Assembly (NCBI GenBank): GCA_040954595.2
Contig: CM082592.2
Coordinates: forward strand, 5,756,308 to 5,820,307
DNA: 64,000 nt
Reading direction: 5' to 3'
Source of the DNA: Balanoglossus misakiensis
Taxonomy: Eukaryota; Animalia; Hemichordata
Below, piece by piece: positions 39,701 through 50,634 of this stretch. A program made the position numbers and the translations under genes. Each line of letters opens with the position of its first letter. Within the stretch, counting starts at the first letter, position 1. The notes beneath the pieces are model-generated. The model ran no database searches. It had not been told where the DNA came from and worked only from the letters and a program-made list of their open reading frames with translations.

Positions 39701-42700
39701 AGTGCATGTATAAGTGTGCGCCCACGTCAATCATTTACCAACGCCCCCTTTCTTCGTTATTTTACACAGCCGTTACATAAGAGTTCAAAAACTAATGGCA
39801 AACATGAGAACGCAAACGATATGAACTCGTGCAACAAGAGACCGTCTGTTAATATTAATTATTAACTTCAATACCATACATTGAGGGCAAACAAACATAA
39901 AGAGATAATTATTCCAATTGCTTTGTGGAAAATCAAATCCGACCTAGACTTGCTCTAAGTCTATGGGCTGTGTAGGGAACGACGATACCCGACACCACAA
40001 GCTCAGTCGCAAATTCGAAACTAGTCGCTTGGCCGACGATACCCGAAACCACAAGCTCAGTCACAAAAACTAGTCGCTTGGCCGACGATACCCGAAACCA
40101 CAAGCTCAGTCCCAAGTTCGAAACTCGCCTCACTACCAAAAACACGCTCAAGGCAAGCATGCACGCAAAAAGTATTGCAATTATTTTTTAAGACAAAAAA
40201 CCACCGAAAATAATAAAGTATTGAGATTTAAAAATCACCTAGCGACTAGTAGGCTAGTCTAAATCCGACCATAAATACGATGTCTTCTTTCAAAGAATTA
40301 GTTCAATTCGTTGGAATTATGGCTGGTGCTGATAAACACTGCTTACTTTATATTGTGGATGTTACCTGTACTGTATGATATGGAGAGATAAGCCCACCTA
40401 TACATCATAACATGGATGCTCATAATAGCATGGGTAAAAAAACAGCTGCATATGACTGGGCTTATCCGTGGGAATTCGGCTATATTAATTTTCTTCTAGC
40501 TGCAGGCCTGGCTGTCATTTTTCTGTCGCCAACGTTTAGTTTTCACGTGACCAGAGTAAAAGTCGACGTAGATATGGACCCCGCTGCTGCGCGCCTCGTC
40601 CACAGACGCGACGCATGCGTGAAGTGGGGAAGTGGTTTTGTACCATGATCTTCGGGCGTTGTCATGGCTACTTGTCAACAATCCATCGATGTTATCTTTG
40701 CTTGCAAAGTGACCGCACTATTTGATGTTTCCGAGCGCTATTGGCGTTGCCCCACGCCCTTTAATGTGTGTCATCTGCCGCTAGGACATTGCACGTACTT
40801 GTCGGTATACCGGATACATAGGTCCGGTGTCGAAATAAGAAAATGTCGATATATACTAGACTCAGTCAAGTACCTAGTACGTTTGGTAATGATATTGAAT
40901 CACAGCCCCCCCCCCCCCCCCCCCCCCCGCCCGGTGCAGCCGGTAGCGCCCTCAACACGCCCATAGAATTACAGTACATTGTACTTACGTATTGGTCTGG
41001 TCACCTTTCCCCCATTTCAACCACTCGTTAACATATTGTCTTGAGGACAGATCAATGGAGTCTGAAACGGACTGAGAAAAGAGACAACACGTTAAACGCG
41101 AGAGAATATCGAGGTATTGTCTAATAAATATCTGTCTGCATGTCTCTGTGTGTTGCAGTCAAGGTGTCGGTGAGTGGACGGCATTACGTCACGGGTGGAG
41201 GTTTACCAGGGAAGTTTCACGTTGAGCAGTTTCACTTCCACTGGGGCAGCAGCGAGAACAACCCGGGATCAGAACACGCCCTCAACGGACAGAGATACGC
41301 CGCGGAGGTGAGTACAGGTGTGATTCGAGAAGAACACACGTGTTTATTTATTCCCATATGTGAAAGACTGATTTCAGAATAAAACTGGCACCGTGAAAGA
41401 AACTATTGTCGCATTGTCTGTTTTTTTTCCACATGCAGCTACATATTGTTACGTATGACTGCGATCGGTTTGCAAAATTCTCGGAGGCTGTGTCCGACCC
41501 ACGCGGTTTGGCTGTGCTGGGGACGTTCATCGAGGTAAAGTAGATTATGCACTGTATTCTTAATTTCAGGTAGTTTACACCCCGATAATCAAACTCAAAA
41601 AGAGGACTGTTAATTGTTTTTATGAAAATCCGCCCTCTAGGTGCGTACCGTAAATGAACTTGAAGTTTTGAAAAAATCACGTGTCATTTATGATTCGGTT
41701 ACTGATTTCAGTGTTTCACAATATTCGTTGAGGAGTAGTGAACCAAATGTAGCTTTTACGCGCGAAAACTATTGAACGATGTAGGTGCCTTGTCTGTCTT
41801 GTAGGTTGGTGAGGAAACAAACGCTGGCTACGAAACGCTGCTCAAGGAATTTCATAAAGTTCAACAGAAAGGTATTGTTAGCCTCTCGTTTTATGTGAAT
41901 AGACCCATTATACACGTGCAACTTTTTAGTTATTTTACTTAGAAATTAGAACGTGTGCTTACATCGGTGGGCAAACACTATAAACTGATCAGAAACTTTT
42001 TTCTTGTTTTTGTTTTTCTTTTTAGGCGAAACGATTAAATTGGAGGGGTTATCCCTTAGATCTTTATTGCCAGAAAATATCAACAATTTTTACCGCTATG
42101 ACGGTTCGTTGACAACACCTCCGTGTGCCGAGTGTGTCATGTGGACGTTATTTGATGAACCAGTTCAAATATCCCAAACGCAGGCAAGTACAAGTATTTT
42201 ATGTGATTTCACAATCACTGATTTTTCGTTTTCGGAGTGATAGTGTCTACATACGTTTGGACTAGTGTTTATAATTGTTGTCGTAACGCCTGAATCTGCC
42301 CACCCCAGTGGTTGACAGCATGAGCTTTCGGGAACATGTAGTGCCCTTCATCAGATGCACTCGTGGAATGAACAGAGAAACAGCCGGGTATTCAAAGTAG
42401 AAAATATGTGCAGAACCAGGTGCATCAGAAAACAAAAGAAGGGTTGGGTGTGAAAATTGAACAATGGAAATGTTAATTGGGATGCAAATTTGTAAATGGG
42501 GTAGTGGACTGCAGAAAACTGACAGTTATTTGTTGTGTGACACAAACCCATAGTTTTTTAAAATATATGTATTAGCTACTGAATATTTTCACACTGATGG
42601 CAGTGCGAACATTATTAACTCACCCGAGGTGTCATTTTACAGCTGGACCAATTTCTGAGTCTGAAATCCTCTGGCGAAGAAGGGCAAGAGAACCTGCTTG

Positions 42701-42816
42701 TGAACAATTACCGACCGGTTCAGCCGTTGGCTGGCAGAGTTGTGACAGCGTCCTTCGTGCCCGCCAAAACGCACGACGAAACGGAAGCACACGACAGGTC
42801 ATGCGCGGTTCTTTAA
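34246..42816 (+). CDS. Alpha-carbonic anhydrase CA-C, about 285 aa, predicted cytosolic with C-terminal CaaX (CAVL)
   Basis: Exons: 34246-34252 (ATG GCG G|GTAAGT, tentative; in-frame ATG also at 34240), 36383-36409, 36820-36999, 41159-41307, 41439-41534, 41805-41871, 42026-42183 (GC donor), 42643-42816; frame consistent (858 nt). Motifs: WSY, GPTYW, RQSPINI, QFHFHWG, GSEH, ELH, YDGSLTTPPC, NYRPVQP. Ends HDRSCAVL*. Confidence 0.88.
36683..36745. repeat. (CAT)n microsatellite in CA-C intron 2
   Basis: About 20 CAT units with one interruption. Confidence 0.95.
38323..39594 (-). CDS. Golgi-type carbohydrate sulfotransferase, 423 aa, single coding exon, nested in CA-C intron 3
   Basis: Short cytosolic N-terminus, a transmembrane segment (VFVSGGVCLVLLVAVKIA) and a stem with N-glycosylation sequons. 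PAPS-binding motifs YVHLPKSGGTS (5'-PSB) and TWFRHPVERIVSTYYY (3'-PB); C-terminal N..D..LY motif. GC-rich coding bias. Confidence 0.9.
   Translation of the reverse strand: MICLRLPHRNKVFVSGGVCLVLLVAVKIASMSARNEVGLAAGRGGEMRNHTEKEESSRRFAESGRESINVGEHSGLNATTGEGPDLQLAAGETATNCSRIASYKSAIGNRSCFKNYELLQACPPSGRYGRQPLGNFYLTFENDSANFEEFAKEYRDANVAYVHLPKSGGTSVEKVLFREPGLKFKDQKSGNQLSHCRDFYRAVRGHSRRSEKSLYYSKRSYGIHKYVYPDRPFLYVTWFRHPVERIVSTYYYLKKHKCFGFHKICKDTLLKSASLRDYLRRTAGQRQSLQDVDNFTVRLLLFDEFPEVASTFEDCCASADHAADIPVIGERHYLKAKENLEQRMAFVGILEDWKTSQDMLTRMLRIRNIKDEVHVNANSHRGKLSDYELKEIERRNHWDLKLYQDALRIYEKQKAVFSNLVKQ
39945..40261. mobile_element. Small non-autonomous TIR element (about 317 bp) with a 9-bp TSD and internal tandem repeats
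   Basis: AATCCGACC at 39936-39944 and 40262-40270; imperfect TIRs TAGACTTGC.../...GCTAGTCTA; three internal copies of GACGATACCCGA(C/A)ACCACAAGCTCAGTC. Confidence 0.7.
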
Positions 42817-45800
42817 GTTGACCTGGAAGTGATTAGAGGTGTGCTTTTTAAACTCGTGTGAACCGGGCGTGATCCCAAAATGCGAATTATCAAATTTTGG
42901 TCTGCAGTTTTCGGAAATTTAAATTAGTTATATTATTTCCGAGGAAATTAGTGATAAGTTGAGATGAAATTGCTCGATGTATTTAAGGGGTGCATGCATA
43001 CCGTTGTGCTGTCAATATCTTTTGCAACTTGCATGTACGTTATATTTTAAATTTGTAGATAAAATGTTTATCAAATATACAGATAAGAATTTATTGGTGA
43101 AAAATATTGAATACATCTGCCAATACAGTCATGACAATCAGATCTCAGGGACGTCATACCTGTGGCAGGTTTCATTATACAGTGACCCAAATTGGAGACA
43201 TTCACCAAATATGCAAATTTAATTTAAATTACTACAGGTGCAACGATATCGCAATTGCAAACATTCACAGCTAATTAGCTATGTCGGTGTGCTGCTGTTA
43301 AAAGTTTGAAGGCAATAATCAAGTCACTGAATAACGGCTGCTGGAGTTGCACTATCGTAAAACAAAGTCTTATCGTTTACATGTATCTAAACTTGTCTTC
43401 TTATATTTTTGTTGTTTACATTTTATAATGTATTCGCATTTTTATCTTACTTGTAGTAAGATGATATGGCTGAAATCATGTTGGATTTTTAGTTGACACT
43501 TATTTTACATTTCATGTTTTCTATGTTAGCTCGTATTTATCAAATAAAAGGACTGTGTTCAGATGTCAGCATCTTTTGTTTTGAAAACGGTCAAAGGAAT
43601 GATGACAATCGGAAAGTCTAAACTCTCATCATTTCATAAAGAGGGTGCCTTTCCAAAACATGGCGCCCACTCCAAGCAGGCGGCGCGAAAACAAGGCCAG
43701 CAGGTCACAGAGCACTGCTCGAGCTAGCTCGTCTTGTTCGTTGTATATATGATACAAGTTGCGTGTATAACTTACCTTACAATAGAACGTGGCTGTCGAA
43801 CGTCGGTCACAACTCTAGCGACGATACACACGGCGGTAAAGTTCTTACACTGTGAGCTACCGGCCTCGTTTCCGCGTCGTCTTGGAAATGCGCCCTCTTT
43901 ATGAAAAAGGCGTATCAATTGTCTATTGATACACACCGTGCGATTGGACGACCAAGCCGGCCACTCACAGCGCAGGTACCAATACATACACGAGACAAAC
44001 GAATTGAAATTCATTGAATATCATTGCCAATGTTTATTCCAGGGCGTTAACAAAATAAAGCATTTCCATGAAAAAGAGGAAAACATATTTACCCATCCAT
44101 AACTATTATAGAGAAAAACCCATATGTGCGTGTTAATAGAAAGAAACAACATGACAAGAAACAAAGTTGATAAGTGCTAAACTTAATATCTTGCACGCTA
44201 TTGGTTATAAAGAGCCCAGTTTCCCGCGCATGCAAATCAGACGCGTATGGCGTTATCATGATGAGCATTAGAATCCACACCAATTGACTTTTGTCTCGTG
44301 ACATGTTTGTCAAGAGCTATCGAAACACAAGTAATGTCATCGTGTGCTCTGACTTGAACCAAAAGCTTTTGATAACTCAGTCATGTCTCAGAGAAAATGG
44401 CAGCGTTGCTCACTTCAAGTCAGAAGGGTTTCTGTGAGAAACAACATGACGTTATTTTTTGCAACCTCTTGCAAGGTATCTTGTTGATAAAATTAATGGT
44501 GTTTGGTGTACGTAGTTATTAAAGCATCGAGTTTATACATGTCCTGGAGGACAGTATATATATTATCGGGATCCAGCAATGTATGTATTTTCTCACAAAA
44601 TATAGGATTTACAATTTTGTCTGTGATACAAACCCGGCAATGAACCATACAAGCTCATTGTATCCATTTGAAAATACAAGATATTGGAGAGAAAAAAGGT
44701 GTCACCCAGTGGATAATGTTTGCAAGATGAATACTGCTAAACTTGTTGGCGTCTCTGGGAGGGAGGGAGGGCATTTCTTAATAATTTTCATAACAAAATA
44801 ACGTCACCATAGCAATCGTTTTGAATGTTGACAAATCATGCGGCTGAGAAGTTCATATTCTCCATCTAAATCACTGCGCATCAAGTTAGCTCCAGTTCAC
44901 GTGCTTCCCCGTCCTAGTCTGAAAATTTACAAGATATATTTCACCTCTAAAATAATGCCATCCTATTGATTTCAAACAAACATTCAAAACTGCTGTTTTT
45001 CATCACTCAGGTAAATTTACAATTCAAACATTGAGCAAATTTACAAAATCACGTGATCCGAATAATCCCATGGGAGCAATAAATGATCGAGATACCTTTC
45101 CTGTCAAACTTAAGAAACGAAGGCGGATACTTGAAAGACAACGCGTCGAATCTGTTAAAAATAACAAACTGCGAAGTTGGAATGATTAAAACAAAAAATG
45201 GCACTTGTGTGTTGATGACAGGCAGCGTGGGATTTATAGTGGCTTCGGTTGTTGGTCGAATCCGTTTATAGAGTGCCACCAACTGCTAGATCAACACGTG
45301 ACAGATATTCTGACAATGAAAATGTCAGCTTGGAAAGTCGCTCGAACGATTTCAGCAAAAATTGATCGCAAGGTCAACAACAGAAGTGTGGAACAACCTC
45401 CCAGTTGAATGCCATGATTCAACGACATAATCTTCGTCTGTAGTAATAACTTGCGGTATGTATGGCAACGAATAAAGAATTCTATATAAAATCAATGAGT
45501 TTCAACAAGTGTAAAATATACTAGTGGAAGACAATCAAAATACAAATAAAAAAGACAACAATACATTTTTGAATTTTTTGGAATTCGCTCGTGCATCTTA
45601 TCAACCCTGGCCTGTCTAATATAGTATAACACTTCCATCTGTCCCACTATATTTTTGGAGCGCAAGATTTTGCTTTTTTTCCACGACAATCGTCATATCT
45701 TTAAAACTAATCAGGTTGGAATGAGATCCGCGCATGCTCACAACAACCCAACCTGGTTGTGCTAATTCTACCAAACTACCACACTGCTCATAACAAAACA

Positions 45801-46617
45801 AAAACTAATTTTAACGGCCCATTTCAAATTTTTGACCACTACTTTTTTCAAAAGCTTGGATGAATATACAAAACTATGAACATTGTTATTGTCACTGACG
45901 TGATTCACGCCTATATTTGAAAAGGAAGGCTAATGCGACCTGCACATTGAGCTCTGGCTTTGGTTGTCACAACAAAATTGGGCATTTTTTTCAGGAATCA
46001 AAAATGTGTTATTCGCCGCTTACCAAAAATGTTGTCGTCGTCACCGTGTAGGTCATAGCCGCAACAGCTGGCAACACCCTCAGTCCAAACACAACCAAAT
46101 TGCACGGTTTTTTTCCTCTTGAAACTAAATATCGCCAGAGACGAATCTGATCAAGTGAGTGGGAAACAAACAAACAGACAAACAAGTCCCAGCCGCCATC
46201 TTGTGTCACGTGGACAAAGATGGCGCCGATGCATACATACAAGAATAATTATCAATGGAAATACTCGCCACGCGTAATGGCTGCAGTTTGAGGTATATAG
46301 ACGTTAGAAAATAAAGACACGTGGAAACGAATACAATCCCGTATGATTCGCGGAATTCGACGAGAAGACACAGGAAATGTAGCACCAGTCACCACAAGAT
46401 GGCGCTTTTCCTTCCGTCAATCAAACCATATATGGAAACTCCACCTGAACTTGATTGGAGGATCATTCAGTGCGGTCGATTCAGCCACGCCCTGTATTAA
46501 AGGTACCAAGCCGGATCACTCGTCGCACCGACAGTTTGAACACTTCATCGTCTGCGGTGATCTCTCACGCTTGATGAAAAGAGTCAACAATTTCAATTGC
46601 AGCTCTCTCCTTCTCTC

Positions 46618-49486
46618 TCAGCCAAAGAATTGATCTTTGAAAAATTTCGAGGCGAGCGGAGCCTGCATCAAGATACCTATAGTCCCGGACGTGCAGACGG
46701 TGCAGAAGATCACCAGGAATATGCGATCTATGACCATAGCCACGTACTTCCAGTCTTCCCGTTGCTGAAACAAAACAATCGACAGATTATGAGACGAATT
46801 TATTTTGTAGAGTCTCTCTCTATACACGTAATTCCCCGTCATGATTATGCTTGTTTCGTTATACATGAAGGTGTCTCCACACTCGGACAAGACTGGCGTA
46901 GATGGCGCACTTACTCTGAGAAAATCTTGCTCATCTGTGTATGTACTGGTGATGTACATGATATCTTGAATTGCTTTGTCGACGTTCATGGCCTCGTTGG
47001 CGTCGCCATCTGAAACTGAATAGGGGAGATATTTTGGTATCGGAAGTCCCTGCGTTGCTGCAGTGGAAGGGAAAAAAGAGAAGATTCTTGCAATCGGTTG
47101 TCACTCAGGCTGTGTAAGATTATGGATCTCTTTCGGACTGTATCCCCTTTGTGTTAAAGAGGTACAGTTATCAGGTGGCATGTGCAGAAATGTATGCAAA
47201 CATTACTTGATGGAGACATATCCGAAAGTTCCCTAAAGGCACAGTATTTGCCTGCATTTGCTCACATCAAGCAGTGGTCTGACGACAACAAAAAACTGAC
47301 TTCAAAACATTGATATTTCGTCCACCTGACAGATACGTGTCACACTTTCTGCAGTTCGTGTGGTGCTTTTGTGTTCAATGCTGTATGTCTCTTTTTCAAC
47401 AAGCTGTAACTGGCACTCACTTTTAAACCCGTATACATACAGGTGTCCTTGTCGAAACTTACCTCCCTCGTCGCCACAGGCCCCCATCATGGCGTCGGCA
47501 CTGGAACGCATGCGTACTGTGTAATTGCTCCTGCTGGGATTTTCGACGACAATGCGGTCGGAATCCACTTTTTTGTTCTTTATCGCGTCCCGCGTCAGCG
47601 AGATGCCGATGCTTTTGTATCTGAGATTGTAGTTGTCCGGCCTCTTCATGCACAGAAACCTTGGAAGAGTGTCTATGAAAATCCGTCTCACCCAGCGCGG
47701 CATGACGTGCGTCGACGGCGACCGGTGGTGAATGTTCAACACAAACACGGCGATGACGATGGACGACGTCACCAGGACCATGGTGAACAGCAGGTATTTG
47801 GTTATCAGGGGCATGGTGTTGGCGTTCGCTGGAATGAGTTTCGTGATGAGCAGGAGGAACACGGAGAGCGAGACGAGCACCGACGTGCACAGGGACATCT
47901 TCTCGCCGCAGTCCGACGGCAGGTAGAAGACCAGCACACTGCAGAAGGAGATGAGGGCGCACGGCAGAAGCAGATTGGCCACGTAGAAGAGCGGCTTCCG
48001 GCTGATGTGGAAGTTGAAGGTGATGTCCACGAAGATTTCCTCGCAGCACGGGTACTCCACGGCGTTCCGCTGCCCGGGCGACTTGACGATGTCCCACTCG
48101 CCGCTGTCCCAGTAATCCCGCTTCGTGGCCACGTCGTCCTCCGGCAGCAGGTCCACGACGGTGCCGTCGTAGGTCCACGAGCCGAACTTCATTTTGCAGG
48201 TCTGTTCGTCGAAGGGGAAGTACTCCACGTTGATTTTGCAGGAACTTTTGTAAATTGCAGGCGGAACCCACTGCACTGTTCCGTTGTAAAAAACGTTGGC
48301 CATCGCCATATTTTGGACATCGTAAGTTCCGTCGGCGCTGCAAGAGAAAAAAATGGTTTATGATTTATGGCCAGGACACGATTGTGTCTTTCAGCTACAA
48401 TCTCGACAGCATCGTCATCTTCAACAATTATTGTACATTAAAAAAAAGCGAAACAGTAGTATAATATTGACTGTCAACCAATCCGTTATTTCTTTTCCAA
48501 TGTCTATAGTTTTAATGACCTACTTGTTGTATATCAGTATATCCGGGATCCACAGTCGCTGTGCAGGTACCCGGATGCTGTGTATTCCGTCGTATTCAAC
48601 CGGATCCCATACTAAGTGGTTGTCCGTCCACGACTTGAAGAGACAGAAAAAAATACTTTCAATATTTTAACATCAAACATTTCATTTTTGCACGGACGTC
48701 AATAAACCCGAAACTAGTGAAAGAAGATGGGGAAATTTCTTCACGTACAAAAGATAGTAAGATATACCATATACCAGTGTCACCAATAAATACTATATAC
48801 AATATCAATATTTTACGGCAGTTTTGTTCTTTATGGCAGTTTAACCTTTTGGATTGGAAAACCTAGCTATCAAATATTGTGTTTTTCAACGTGGTATGTA
48901 CAGAGATGTATAAGGATTGAAGTCTGCTTTGGAATTTAAAGTCAGAGTGCTACTGGTATTACTTACATGTCTAAGCCACACTTTCGTTGTCATTATCTGA
49001 CTTTTCTCATTCTGGCGGGAAGAAACAAAACAAAACCTTTAAATGCTCAGCAAATTATGGATAAAATATACAATGCAATGGCGCAGGAATCATATGTATC
49101 AAGTCTGAAATACTTCGACTGTCTAACGATGTACGGGTCATGGATTTGCTATGTGCTCGATGGCTTTGTCGGTTAGTGCGCCCCCAGTGTTATAAATTGA
49201 TCATGCACTTTGCAAAGCCCGTATGAATGCGATACTAACATAAAACACGGTTTTTGGAGTCAATGTTGTGATGTTTCGTGGGGAAAAATCAGTACTGATT
49301 CCGATGCCCCGTCCGCTTTTTACTGTTGATAGTTATTGAAACTTACCACGTCAATGATCTGCGATATTGCCAGTCCAAATGTGATGTTCAGAATTTCCGA
49401 AACATTTGAGACTGGCAGAGCCAATTTACTGTAGTCCCTGAAAATGTCCTCCCGAAGTTTCATTTCCGCTTCCGAGGTCAAGACAC
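46618..49486 (-). CDS. Nicotinic acetylcholine receptor subunit (alpha-type, cation-selective); signal-peptide exon not located
   Basis: Exons in transcript order: 49486-49347 (140), 49011-48967 (45), 48633-48524 (110), 48337-47463 (875), 47009-46915 (95), 46764-46618 (147). All GT-AG and frame consistent; the 45- and 110-nt exons are typical of nAChR genes. Motifs: [13 protein letters not shown], Cys-loop [27 protein letters not shown] before M2, [11 protein letters not shown] before M4. Confidence 0.95.
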
Positions 49487-50461
49487 CTGGAGTTAGAAGA
49501 AGAAAACAAACACATTTTCATCACAGTTAGTTTATCAAGGTCTCTGTCAGCGGAATACCACACTGTCCAATTTATAAAGTAGACTCCAAACAAGTAACCC
49601 TTCCGAGAGCATTCCATTTAAGACTGCTGAAAACCTTATTTACGTAAATGCCACGCCTGCTGCTTGCGTCGAACTACTCAAATCGGAAGAAAAATTATCA
49701 CTATGCGCCGTCGGTTTCGTTTTGTTTATGTTTTGTTTATGGGCGTGTATATGTTATGGAAAGAAAGTTCGTGGTGTTAAACTTCTGGAAAATGTTCACA
49801 TGGTGTTACGCTGTGCCATGGTATTTGACAGCTCACACACAGTATAAATGCGTGTAATGGTTCCGATTCATCAACCGTACGCTGTTTGTGGTGGTAGTAG
49901 TAGTGTTTACGCTCATACTTGGGAGTTGAGTTGAGTTGTGACTTCGCATGTTTCGGTGAGCACAACAACATCAATAGACTACCAAGAAAAACCAAAATAA
50001 TCTAAATAGCGTCAAAACGAGCGACGTAAACCCTTTAATATCTTCAACCAACAACGCTCATATTCCCGTATCAGTGAGAATACCTTTCGTTTACTGCGTG
50101 AACCGAGCATTGATGTTTATATTCTCTCCACACTACATGAATTTTTATGCGCTACTTTTCCAGGTGACATCTTCACCTTCAGTCATCGAAACAGGAAAAA
50201 AAACCTCACATCACGCGCCATCAACTTGAACACTTTTCGTCGATTAAGCGGTCGCTACTTTTCCCAGCGGCGTCGCTGCTTTTTAATGCCTTCTGGAGAG
50301 TTAGAATCATCGCTCTATACTGTTCGGCTTATTATTATCCGAAGACAGAGCAGAGCGCCATATTCATCGCGTTACTCCAACTTCCCGTGAACTCGTCGCA
50401 CTTTCTGTAAATATCGGGTCGTTAATCAACGATGAATCGCCTTAATTTGCAAGGGCGGCCG

Positions 50462-50634
50462 TGACGCAATGTTTTCTCTCCAACCCTACTCCAGTGACGT
50501 CACGGCTCTCGTTTACCTGATTAAAATATGAATGCCGCACGATAGGAATTCTGGAGCGCCAACTGTTTTTTTTTTCTGTGCCGGCTGCGCGGAATCAAAT
50601 CTCGCCGTGCCGCTCTGTCGTCGCTGTGACGTCA
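50462..50634. promoter_or_regulatory. Cluster of CRE/ATF sites in a CpG-rich patch 5' of the located nAChR exons
   Basis: TGACGTCA at 50495-50502 and 50627-50634; TGACGCAA at 50462-50469. Confidence 0.35.

Noticed and set aside
45670-45790. Possible tRNA-derived SINE head on the minus strand
   Set aside because: A/B boxes are too degenerate and no cloverleaf or TSD could be supported.
47443-48363. Long overlapping ORFs (306 aa on +, 294 aa in an alternative - frame) over the large nAChR exon
   Set aside because: Shadow ORFs expected from GC-rich third positions; no recognisable motifs.
49553-49995. Short minus-strand ORFs (MECSRKGYLF..., MLSEGLLVW..., MLLCSPK...) as the nAChR signal exon
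   Set aside because: The available donors give phase 0 or 2 rather than the required phase 1.
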